Positions 6,050-12,986 of a stretch of 13,077 bases of DNA are shown here, piece after piece. The notes beneath the pieces are model-generated. The model was given only the letters and a program-made list of their open reading frames with translations. It was not told where the DNA came from and searched no databases. Source of the stretch: a virus. Taxonomy: Duplodnaviria; Heunggongvirae; Uroviricota; Caudoviricetes. The stretch lies in the IMG/VR virus record IMGVR_UViG_2671180603_000001; one strand, given 5' to 3'. The stretch's first letter is position 1; the number at the start of each line of letters is the position of its first letter. The position numbers and the translations under genes were made by a program.

Positions 6050-8956
6050 TTAATACTCCGTCACGTTTTCCTGTCGCCACGCCTCGTCATATTCCGATTT
6101 CGGCATATTGGCGATGTAGCTATATGGCGATCCTGATTCAAGTTGCAGGAACTGGTGCGATTGCTCGTCAAGGAACAACGGAACACCACCTTCCCAGCCT
6201 TCGCCGTTACGTTGTTTTTCAAGCATCAAAACAGATGCAGGAGACGCCAGTAGCTGTTCGTCCTTCTCTGACATCTTTTCACCACTCTGAACTCTCTGTA
6301 ACGCTCTCTCGCGAGCCTTGTTACGCCAGATGATGAAAAGGTTGTCTGTCAGGTCTGTTATCGCTCCAGAGCCTTTCACGTCCATTTTCCCGGTTGGTTT
6401 TTCTTCGCTGTCTCCTTTTCTGGAGTGAGTAACGAGAATGACGTGGGAGTTTGTTTTGTTTTTGAAGTCACAAATCGAGTCAACAAACGCTTTCTGCCCG
6501 TTATAGTCATCGTCACCTATGCCGCATTTCATCAGGCTGTCGATAATGAATAACTGGATGCCGTATCGGCGGCGAGCGTAGTCGAATATTTCGATCAGCC
6601 TGTCGGCTTTCGCCGTTCCGGTCAGGCCAAACACCCAAAGTCTTTCGTCATAAAATTTAAATGCAGAGTCAATTTCCAGCACTGGCGGCATCTTGCAGCA
6701 CGTTGCCTGACGGGTAAGTCGCTTAAGGAGAATACCAGGCTTCAGCTCAAGTGACGCGATGCACGTCTTCACACCCTGACGCATTGCCTCAAGTGCCATA
6801 TGCCCGACAACCTCGGTGTTATGCGTCGCCACATATCCCCTGGTTACATACAGGTGGCGAGGGTGATCGACCATAATACACAAGCATTCTGCATTGCCGA
6901 TTTTTTCAACATTCCTGACGAATACCCCACAGCCCTCGAATCGATGCGCAGTTAATCTGCCATTGAGTCGTGGTGAACGGATGGCCTCCCTGATTTCTCT
7001 TGTCAGTCTGATTCTTGCCTCGTATGAATCCATCCCATGCCGCTTATCGTCCTTGTATGTGTATGTCACGCCAGTTTTAACTCGCGTCCGGCATGACCCG
7101 CCGAGTGAGTTAACCAGTTGAACAACCCCATTGCGCAGTTTTTCACTTGCTGAGGAAAAAACAAGCGTTCCATCCTTCTCGACATACCCATCCGTTTCAA
7201 GCAGACCACACAGCATGCCTATACGCGTTGATTTATTTGCGGAAAAAAACACACGAGGGATGAATTTGTTTTTTGCTGTGCACCCCATTAGTCCATAACC
7301 TCGCAGGGTCTCCATGAGTGGATTTACCTGACCACGCGCCGTTGATATCAGCCAGTCCTTACCATCTCCAGAGAAGTTGTAATCAGGCAGTTCAGCCTTC
7401 ATACGCTCGATCATGTATGGCTCGACGTTTGAAAACTTCACGCTCCCATTGCTAAGACTACCATCCCCGAGAAGGGAGCCGATAACCCATGCTAATGGCT
7501 CTGAGTGGTCGCCAAAGTCACCAGTTATTTCAGGAATCCTAACGCCATTTTTGTGCCTCTTCGTTTCACTCAACCGCTTCAACCCGAAGGTATCTATCAC
7601 GCGGCGTTTCTCGCCTTTCGTGAATCCACGACTAGTGACCTCCCATAGGTGATCGCCTGCGCAATCAACATAACGACCATCTTCAAATGTGACTCGGTAA
7701 ACATCTCTAACACCCTGCGGGAATATCCCAGTGACAGTTGACGGATTGCCGTCTACTGACGCCACCTGATCGCCAATTTTTACATTCCCGTGAGTAGTCC
7801 ATGTCCCATCAGCTAAAAGAATAGGCTCATTCAGTGGGCATGCCTTTCCGTGACCGTTCACACCATTGACCAGCGTCAACTCTGCCTCACGGAACTGGAA
7901 TTTATCTGCCAGAGATTCCCACGGTGGATTAAACAGATACTGCTGCTTGCCGTAGAAAGCGTTGATAGTGTCCTGGTAAAACTCGCGCGCGCTGTAGAGT
8001 TCTTCAGGATCGAAGTAGGATGCCGTGCCGATGTACTGCCAGATTTCATCCTCGGTAACACCGTTCATCAGGCATTCGTTGATGTCTTTGTACGGCAGAG
8101 TAACAAGACGGCAACGATGTTCACCGAGTCGGCTTGCGATTTCCCTTGCGGCTTCACGACCAACATCATCAACGTCCATCGAGATGAATATTTCCTCAAA
8201 CCTGTCGAGGTTGTGATACTCAAACTCAATCCACTGTTGCTTAGCGCCTTTCCCGCCACCAAACGGCACGGATAACGCCGAGATGCCGTATTGCGCATAG
8301 CTCATACAATCAATTTCGCCTTCGCAAAGCACAACCGCCCTCACGCCAGCGTCCAGAGCCTGCCATCCGAACAGGCAAGGTTCGCAATCACCTTCTGCCA
8401 TAATGACTTTCTTCCCGTCCGGGCGCTCAGTGCTGATTCGCTTGACCTGCAACAACTCACCATCGCGTTTGTACGGAAGCACCAGAGCATCCAGTTCTCG
8501 TTCTCCATTCCACACCTTGCCGCTGACAACCTCGTAGCGCTTTACGACTTCTGGCGATATGCCACGCGATTGCAGGTACTCAAGATGGGATTCTGTTCTG
8601 GTAACGTAGTGGGCGATTTTCTTGCGATCAGGTCTGGAGAATTTCTTCTCACGTCTGGCATCGAAATGGTGATCGTCATCCTTGATACCGAGAAATGCTT
8701 TCGCTTCCTGCATAGCCTGATGCAGGTTAATTCCACGACATGCCATCCACAAATCAAGCATGTCACCGCCGTCTCCCTCAGCGAAATCAGCCCATTTTTT
8801 CTTACCGCTAAGGTTGACCTTAAGGCTGTTTCCCTTGTCACCGTTGACGTTACCGGCAACCCACTCATGCCCCTCTTTCTTGCCGTTTGGCAACAGGTGC
8901 GGAGCCACCCTGTCAACCTGCGCCCAAAGCAGGTCGCTAAGTTCTGATGGACTCAT
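6050..8956 (-). CDS. bifunctional Toprim primase - SF4 (T7 gp4/DnaB-like) helicase, intein-containing
   Basis: 968-aa ORF. Toprim motifs at residues 200-265 (VVLCEGEIDCMS, SMDVDDVG). Helicase motifs in the C-terminal part (Walker A GVNGHGKA.T split by the intein, Walker B QLFIIDSLMK, then ILVTHSRKG and KGSGAITDLTDNLFII, which parallel T7 gp4 H2-H4 as I recall them). Confidence 0.8.
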   Translation of the reverse strand: MSPSELSDLLWAQVDRVAPHLLPNGKKEGHEWVAGNVNGDKGNSLKVNLSGKKKWADFAEGDGGDMLDLWMACRGINLHQAMQEAKAFLGIKDDDHHFDARREKKFSRPDRKKIAHYVTRTESHLEYLQSRGISPEVVKRYEVVSGKVWNGERELDALVLPYKRDGELLQVKRISTERPDGKKVIMAEGDCEPCLFGWQALDAGVRAVVLCEGEIDCMSYAQYGISALSVPFGGGKGAKQQWIEFEYHNLDRFEEIFISMDVDDVGREAAREIASRLGEHRCRLVTLPYKDINECLMNGVTEDEIWQYIGTASYFDPEELYSAREFYQDTINAFYGKQQYLFNPPWESLADKFQFREAELTLVNGVNGHGKACPLNEPILLADGTWTTHGNVKIGDQVASVDGNPSTVTGIFPQGVRDVYRVTFEDGRYVDCAGDHLWEVTSRGFTKGEKRRVIDTFGLKRLSETKRHKNGVRIPEITGDFGDHSEPLAWVIGSLLGDGSLSNGSVKFSNVEPYMIERMKAELPDYNFSGDGKDWLISTARGQVNPLMETLRGYGLMGCTAKNKFIPRVFFSANKSTRIGMLCGLLETDGYVEKDGTLVFSSASEKLRNGVVQLVNSLGGSCRTRVKTGVTYTYKDDKRHGMDSYEARIRLTREIREAIRSPRLNGRLTAHRFEGCGVFVRNVEKIGNAECLCIMVDHPRHLYVTRGYVATHNTEVVGHMALEAMRQGVKTCIASLELKPGILLKRLTRQATCCKMPPVLEIDSAFKFYDERLWVFGLTGTAKADRLIEIFDYARRRYGIQLFIIDSLMKCGIGDDDYNGQKAFVDSICDFKNKTNSHVILVTHSRKGDSEEKPTGKMDVKGSGAITDLTDNLFIIWRNKARERALQRVQSGEKMSEKDEQLLASPASVLMLEKQRNGEGWEGGVPLFLDEQSHQFLQLESGSPYSYIANMPKSEYDEAWRQENVTEY
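6818..7840 (-). mobile_element. intein with LAGLIDADG homing-endonuclease domain (residues 373-713 of the primase-helicase)
   Basis: Starts with Cys373 in a block-A-like context (CPLNEPILLADGTW...VKIGDQVASVDG, similar in pattern to the Sce VMA intein start). Ends ...YVATHN followed by Thr714, the canonical HN plus nucleophile. Two LAGLIDADG-like motifs inside (WVIGSLLGDGS at 490-500, GMLCGLLETDGYV at 580-592). Boundary codons checked on the DNA. Confidence 0.75.
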
Positions 8957-8974
8957 ACTTTAACCGTCCTGAAT

Positions 8975-9064
8975 CGCATTCTGACGCAATATTTTTTTAT
9001 CCTGTGTATTCGTCAGACCGTCGTTTATCGCACTACAGCGCGTCTGATGGCGTTTAAACGCCAT
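8975..9064. promoter_or_regulatory. structured intergenic region between initiator and primase-helicase genes
   Basis: Inverted repeat TCTGACG(C)AATA (arms around 8980-8990 and 9007-9017) flanking an AT-rich core, plus a perfect 18-bp palindrome ATGGCGTTTAAACGCCAT (9047-9064). The left arm is also part of the leader motif shared with the 71-aa gene. Confidence 0.4.
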
Positions 9065-9183
9065 TGACGGAGCTAATGGCTGCTGAGGTCGAGATTTTTA
9101 AACCAGAAATCGACAAACGAAATACTTAACCAGCCGTGGTTATAACCAGCGACCAGTAGCGATTTGATTTTTGATTTCATGGT

Positions 9184-9915
9184 TCACCTGTCGAAAAACA
9201 CGTAGCCAGTTTTCGATACGGTAATTGCGGATGATGGTCTGGATTGTGGTTGAATGGTTTCTGGCTTCTCGTCGTTCCAGCGCTGACCGTTCAGGTAGCT
9301 CGACGGTAACAACCTGTCGAATCCGAACTGCTTACCATTCCTGCATGCGATGTCTTCTGCCAGCATCGTGGCAAACTCGCTTGCCGTACCCCTGGTAGTT
9401 TTACGCCATTCCCTGAACTGTGTTCTGAATGCCGAAGCTGCGTTTTTCTTCCCGGCTTTCCGCATGCCTGCACACCAGAATATTTCCTCGAATGCCTTGT
9501 CGGTTTCTTCGTGACGGTCAGGAGTTTTTTCACACTCCGTTCGGACATGTTCGAACATAATGTTTTTAGGTTCATTGACTGGTTCAAAAGAGTGATAGGT
9601 TCTGGGGGCAGCTCCTGCCCCACCCCCTAGGGCAGCTCCTGCCTGTGCATTATCCAGCGTCAGATAAAAAACGTTTGACTGGTTAAGCTCTCCTTTTCTT
9701 CTGCATTCCCTTTTCAAAAGCCCCATCTCTTCCAGTGCCCTAATGTGACTTTTTACTGTCGATCTGCTCACCTCACACTGGTCAGCGACATGTTGATATG
9801 AAGGCCAGCATTCGCCATTATCATTGGCGTTATCGGCAAGTTTAATCAGAATCAGTTTTCTCAGTGGGTTGCCAACCTTTATATTCATGGCCTTAGCCAT
9901 AAGATTCATGCTCAT
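9184..9915 (-). CDS. phage replication initiator with N-terminal winged-helix/HTH domain
   Basis: 243-aa ORF with an N-terminal HTH-like domain (LADNANDNGECWPSYQHVADQCEVSRSTVKSHIRALEEMGLL), a Gly/Ala-rich linker and a basic C-terminal half. Occupies the lambda O position upstream of the helicase. GGAGAA Shine-Dalgarno. Confidence 0.7.
   Translation of the reverse strand: MSMNLMAKAMNIKVGNPLRKLILIKLADNANDNGECWPSYQHVADQCEVSRSTVKSHIRALEEMGLLKRECRRKGELNQSNVFYLTLDNAQAGAALGGGAGAAPRTYHSFEPVNEPKNIMFEHVRTECEKTPDRHEETDKAFEEIFWCAGMRKAGKKNAASAFRTQFREWRKTTRGTASEFATMLAEDIACRNGKQFGFDRLLPSSYLNGQRWNDEKPETIQPQSRPSSAITVSKTGYVFFDR
9575..9684. repeat. iteron-like direct repeats inside the initiator gene (candidate origin)
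   Basis: Exact 10-mer TTGACTGGTT at 9575-9584 and 9675-9684, exactly 100 bp apart. Between them GGGCAGCTCCTGCC occurs twice (9606-9619, 9630-9643; 24-bp period), followed by an A-rich tract (9662-9670). The 12-bp palindrome ATGTTCGAACAT lies just upstream (9547-9558). Confidence 0.4.
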
Positions 9916-10055
9916 TTTGACTTCTCCGAAGTTTTGTACCTGTTAAGTATTTCTCTCAGTGGCACAGCTATTTCTGGATTAACCCCCTGATAAAACTGGT
10001 CACGTAGCACATCTTTTCGGTGATTAACGCGTTTATTTTCCTGCGTTTTTCGCAT
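9912..10055 (-). CDS. small hypothetical protein (47 aa) between cII and the initiator
   Basis: ATG at 10053-10055 with GAGG 8 nt upstream; its stop overlaps the initiator start in ATGA. The longer track ORF (to 10223) overlaps cII out of frame and is unlikely. Confidence 0.35.
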   Translation of the reverse strand: MRKTQENKRVNHRKDVLRDQFYQGVNPEIAVPLREILNRYKTSEKSK

Positions 10056-10066
10056 ATAATTACCTC

Positions 10067-10134
10067 GTTGGATGTTGTTAAAATTCCATTTGTATTTGAT
10101 CAGAACGCTCGGTCTTGCACACCGGGCGTTTTTT
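10067..10134 (+). ncRNA. oop: oop-like antisense RNA with promoter and terminator
   Basis: Consensus -10 TATAAT at 10055-10060. Intrinsic terminator at 10106-10134 (CGCTCGG-N9-CCGGGCG with one G-U pair, then TTTTTT) lies antisense within the cII 3-prime end, the same arrangement as lambda oop. Predicted RNA about 68 nt. Confidence 0.45.
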
Positions 10135-10377
10135 ATTGGTGAGTCCATCAAGCGCATACTTAAAAGCCCTGCTAATCGGACTGATGTCTGATGCCATTCC
10201 GAAAGCACACAAGACCGAAGCAATAAACCTCCAGTCCGTTCTGCTTATCTTCGATTCATGACAGCCAATCATCTTTGCCAGACCGCGCTGGGTAAGCGTT
10301 GACAGGTTGATGAGTAAATCTGTTTCTGCACGATCAACGTCGCGCTGTGATAGTTTGCTGTAACTTGTTTGTTCCAT
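10078..10377 (-). CDS. cII: transcriptional activator CII
   Basis: 99-aa ORF whose C-terminal half matches my memory of lambda CII (ILTNKKRPAATERSEQIQMEF versus LTNKKRPVCKTERSDQIQMEF here). HTH in the middle. Confidence 0.85.
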   Translation of the reverse strand: MEQTSYSKLSQRDVDRAETDLLINLSTLTQRGLAKMIGCHESKISRTDWRFIASVLCAFGMASDISPISRAFKYALDGLTNKKRPVCKTERSDQIQMEF

Positions 10378-10462
10378 TTCTTAAGATTTCCAATAGTGAA
10401 TAGTTAGTTGAAAGCTATGCGTGGAAACGCATATGGCCTTAGTTGGTCAGATATCTTGGGGC

Positions 10463-10509
10463 TCGCTTTGTCAGCGACGTAGGACGAATGCCCATTGTGA
10501 AAATAGCGG
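10463..10509 (-). promoter_or_regulatory. nutR-like site (boxA plus boxB hairpin)
   Basis: Minus-strand transcript carries CGCTATTTT (boxA-like, about 10500-10509) and the hairpin TCGCT-GACAA-AGCGA (10463-10477), whose GACAA loop matches the P22-type boxB as I recall it. Lies between cro and cII. An 18-bp palindrome TATGCGT-GGAA-ACGCATA at 10416-10433 may be part of a tR1-like region. Confidence 0.4.
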
Positions 10510-10515
10510 TGTTAC

Positions 10516-10740
10516 TTATGCTGCCTGATTCGGTTTTGGAAACAGGTGTGGTAAATCTGGGCGAATTTCGTAAGCCTTGATCTGCCCTCCAGTGGCGTTA
10601 ACGATGGCGGTAACTTTCTCTGGAGAAACCTGCCCGCCTTTCAGCCATTTGTGTACTGCTGGCTGCGTTACACCACACTTGTCGGCAAGCCGCTTTTGAC
10701 TACCGACAATCTTCAAGGCTCGTTGAATTACTAAATTCAT
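10516..10740 (-). CDS. cro: Cro-like HTH repressor
   Basis: 74 aa from the ATG at 10740 (AGAGGT Shine-Dalgarno 7 nt upstream; track ORF extends to 10761). HTH segment QKRLADKCGVTQPAVHKWL. Divergent from the cI-like gene. Confidence 0.7.
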   Translation of the reverse strand: MNLVIQRALKIVGSQKRLADKCGVTQPAVHKWLKGGQVSPEKVTAIVNATGGQIKAYEIRPDLPHLFPKPNQAA

Positions 10741-10761
10741 GAGCATACCTCTTTCAGCCAT

Positions 10762-10851
10762 TACTTATAACCAAGGATAACTCAAGTTATAAAAGATAGC
10801 AATAACCTTTATTATTTTACTTTGGATAACCGTAGTTATAGATTTGTGGAT
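10762..10851. promoter_or_regulatory. right operator region with divergent promoters for cro and cI
   Basis: Three 14-bp sites of form ATAAC-N4-GTTAT at 24-25 bp spacing: 10777-10790 (ATAACTCAAGTTAT), 10802-10815 (ATAACCTTTATTAT, imperfect), 10826-10839 (ATAACCGTAGTTAT). Candidate cI promoter: TTTTAC (10815-10820) and TATAGA (10837-10842), which would give a near-leaderless cI mRNA. Candidate cro promoter -10 TATAAG on the minus strand (10764-10769). Confidence 0.5.
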
Positions 10852-11559
10852 ATGAAAACATTCGCAGAAAGACTAAATGCAGCCATGAGATCGGCAGGGG
10901 TGTCGCAATCACAGCTTGCGGACATGGTTGGAATATCTCAGCCAGCCATACAGAAGATGTCATCCGGTAAAACAAACGGATCTCGCAAGATGGTTGAGTT
11001 AGCTAATGCTTTAAAAGTACGCCCTGAATGGCTTAGTTCTGGTATTGGTGAAATGAGGGATGGTACACATGAAGAACCATCCAATATCCGTGAGTCATCT
11101 TTAAAAGCTGTGGTATGGGAAGACATTAAAAAAAACGATGACGAGTTTGTCGCATTGCCTCTTCTTAACGTTTCGCTTTCGGCTGGAAGCGGTAGCTGCG
11201 AGATAGAAGAATCATCAGAGTTCTCTTTGGTTTTCAGAAAGTACTATCTGAAAAAGATGGGGGTAACTGAAAGTTCTGCCAAGCTGGTAAGGGTAACAGG
11301 TCAAAGCATGGAACCAACTCTTCACGATGGCGATGTTGTTGGTGTTAACACACAAGATACCACCATCAGAGATGGTAAAACCTACGCTATTTGCCAGTCT
11401 GATTTGTTGCGAGTAAAAACATTAATCGCCACTCCTACATCGGTGATAATCAGATCAATAAATCGCGAAGAGTACCCGGATGAAGTAATGGATAGAGATG
11501 AATTTCATAAAACCGTAAGGATTATTGGCAGAGTATTCTGGTCATCGCATAGCTGGTAA
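10852..11559 (+). CDS. cI: CI-type prophage repressor (HTH plus S24 LexA-like autopeptidase domain)
   Basis: 235 aa from the ATG at 10852 (track ORF begins at TTG 10822). N-terminal HTH (QSQLADMVGISQPAIQKM); C-terminal S24 motifs (Ala-Gly site in LSAGSG, GQSMEP serine motif, downstream Lys in LLRVKTL). Confidence 0.85.
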   Translation: MKTFAERLNAAMRSAGVSQSQLADMVGISQPAIQKMSSGKTNGSRKMVELANALKVRPEWLSSGIGEMRDGTHEEPSNIRESSLKAVVWEDIKKNDDEFVALPLLNVSLSAGSGSCEIEESSEFSLVFRKYYLKKMGVTESSAKLVRVTGQSMEPTLHDGDVVGVNTQDTTIRDGKTYAICQSDLLRVKTLIATPTSVIIRSINREEYPDEVMDRDEFHKTVRIIGRVFWSSHSW

Positions 11560-11596
11560 CCAGTGGCCTGAAGAAACGTTTGGGTGAGGAGGATAG

Positions 11597-11938
11597 ATGG
11601 CGTTCACTGACCTTGAATATCAAGCGGTCAAAAAAGAAGTTCACCAATTCATTGAAAGCATAAGGCCGCCTGAACATATCCGCAATGAACTGGATATTGT
11701 TTATAGCATCAATGACCAAACGATAGATATCGGCGAACAGCGCCCCGTGTGGCAGGGCAACCCAGGTGAAACAAACATCCTGCCATCAGCAAGAATCAAG
11801 TACATACGTTCTCTGGATAGATGGAAAATCTATTGGATGCGGAAGGATATGAAATGGCATCAGTACAGTACTGAACTTTCGCTGACTGATGCGCTTGAGC
11901 TTGTGCGTGCTGACCCGGATTGCTGCTTCTTCGGATGA
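11597..11938 (+). CDS. hypothetical protein, 113 aa, in the rexA-equivalent slot
   Basis: Consensus GAGGAGG Shine-Dalgarno (11586-11592) 4 nt before the ATG, 38 nt after the cI stop with no terminator between, so probably co-transcribed with cI. Contains WxxYWMRKDxKWHxY and a terminal CCFFG. I cannot assign a family. Confidence 0.7.
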   Translation: MAFTDLEYQAVKKEVHQFIESIRPPEHIRNELDIVYSINDQTIDIGEQRPVWQGNPGETNILPSARIKYIRSLDRWKIYWMRKDMKWHQYSTELSLTDALELVRADPDCCFFG

Positions 11939-12100
11939 GTGAAGAGACATTTTGGTGATGGATGGTCGCAGAAGTGCGGCCTTTAATGTAATCGAAGAAA
12001 AGTAATCCTTGTAAAACTTGATTTGACTGTATTGTCACAAAGAAAGGAATCAACGATCGTTTCTTGGGTCTTGATTTGTTTTGACGATCAAATTAGTATT

Positions 12101-12127
12101 GCCTCATCAACTGTATGAGGCTTTTTT
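12101..12127 (+). terminator. rho-independent terminator abutting the next start codon
   Basis: GCCTCAT-CAACTGT-ATGAGGC (7-bp stem) followed by TTTTTT, then directly the ATG at 12128. The 3-prime arm contains GAGG, the only Shine-Dalgarno-like element for the 177-aa gene. Confidence 0.65.
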
Positions 12128-12661
12128 ATGCAAACCAAAAGCTACACCATCAAAGCATTTCAGGACTTCTTACAGATGCTTCCTGAGCTTGGTATCGTCA
12201 ATGATGCTACAGCCCGCAATCTCCGTGACTCTTCCCTGCGCCTTCTTACTGTTCTTGGGTCGGATTTCACCGATGCCGATATCCGTGATTATAGCGTTGC
12301 CAACTTAGCAAGTTCGTACGCAGACTCAGCAGAAAGCAAACCCTCTGAATCATCTTTGCAGGCATACAAAAGCCGGATGCAAAGTGCTATTGATAAATTT
12401 ATCTCCTACCAGAATGGTGAGATTAATGTGTCAGTTGGTGATGTAAATAAAAAAAAGCAGCGTAAAAAGATGGCACCTAAGAAGAAGGCGGTAACTGACG
12501 TACAGGTTGGTGTAAAAACATTTGAACTGCCGATTCCATTGCGCGGAGATCTTATCGTCACCATTGGCAACCTGCCTCGCGACCTGACAAAAGATGAAGC
12601 CAAGCGTATCAGTCTGATTGTGGAATCTTTTGCTATGATTGATGGCGGAACAAAAGAATAA
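12128..12661 (+). CDS. hypothetical protein, 177 aa, with Lys-rich linker
   Basis: Long ORF with a clear stop, bracketed by terminators on both sides. About 100-aa N-terminal domain, a highly basic linker (NKKKQRKKMAPKKK) and about 50-aa C-terminal domain. No family recognised. Confidence 0.65.
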   Translation: MQTKSYTIKAFQDFLQMLPELGIVNDATARNLRDSSLRLLTVLGSDFTDADIRDYSVANLASSYADSAESKPSESSLQAYKSRMQSAIDKFISYQNGEINVSVGDVNKKKQRKKMAPKKKAVTDVQVGVKTFELPIPLRGDLIVTIGNLPRDLTKDEAKRISLIVESFAMIDGGTKE

Positions 12662-12662
12662 A

Positions 12663-12684
12663 GCCCCGCGGCAACGGGGCTTTT
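12663..12684 (+). terminator. terminator-like hairpin after the 177-aa gene
   Basis: GCCCCG-CGGCAA-CGGGGC followed by TTTT, immediately after the TAA stop. Confidence 0.5.
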
Positions 12685-12834
12685 GGGGTCGGAAATATTT
12701 CCAGTATTTCCGAAGTGTATGGAGGATTACCTACCGCTACACCCTTGGCAACCGCAAGCCAAGGATAGCGGTTCTCCCAACAAACTACAACCTGTTCGGG
12801 TAAACAGGCTGTATACAAAAACAGGAGAAAAGCT

Positions 12835-12969
12835 ATGGCTCACGATGTTAATCGCGATGACTTCATCTACGAACACGACAAGCCGGTTTATGTGCGCAGT
12901 TACTGCCGCATACGTTTCGGTGAGCTCGAACATGTTCGTCAGCACTTCCGCTCTTATCCGAGCTGCTGA
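12835..12969 (+). CDS. small hypothetical protein (44 aa)
   Basis: ATG preceded at 6 nt by AGGAGA. Translation MAHDVNRDDFIYEHDKPVYVRSYCRIRFGELEHVRQHFRSYPSC (Cys/His-containing). Too short for the ORF track; followed by a terminator. Confidence 0.45.
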   Translation: MAHDVNRDDFIYEHDKPVYVRSYCRIRFGELEHVRQHFRSYPSC

Positions 12970-12986
12970 AAATAACTAAATCTCAA

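Noticed and set aside
6124-8947. Several ORFs of 61-218 aa embedded in or antisense to the primase-helicase gene (6124-6333, 6894-7121, 7413-7652, 7850-8275, 8291-8947 and others)
   Set aside because: All fall inside a 968-aa reading frame with coherent domain architecture and are best explained as chance antisense frames.
9073-9180. 35-aa ORF with AGGTGA Shine-Dalgarno in the initiator-helicase intergenic region
   Set aside because: Possible but unsupported: very short, no recognisable features, and it overlaps the palindrome and inverted-repeat region that looks regulatory. Not called as a feature.
9291-9623. 110-aa alternative-frame ORF inside the replication initiator gene
   Set aside because: Same strand, different frame, no ribosome-binding site; the initiator frame has the recognisable HTH domain.
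9912-10223. Full-length 103-aa track ORF overlapping the cII 3-prime end
   Set aside because: Its N-terminal half overlaps cII out of frame. Only the 47-aa distal part (from the ATG at 10055, with a Shine-Dalgarno) was kept as a low-confidence call.
12128-12661. Whether the 177-aa gene could be the N antiterminator expected near cI
   Set aside because: It lacks an N-terminal arginine-rich motif, is longer than N, and no operator-type sites or pL-like promoter precede it. N and pL are presumably beyond the right end of the window.
12683-12979. 98-aa TTG-initiated plus-strand ORF and overlapping minus-strand ORFs (12633-12818, 12727-12945)
   Set aside because: The TTG start lies inside the terminator, there is no ribosome-binding site, and the translations are low-complexity. 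The 44-aa ORF with a strong Shine-Dalgarno in another frame explains the region better.
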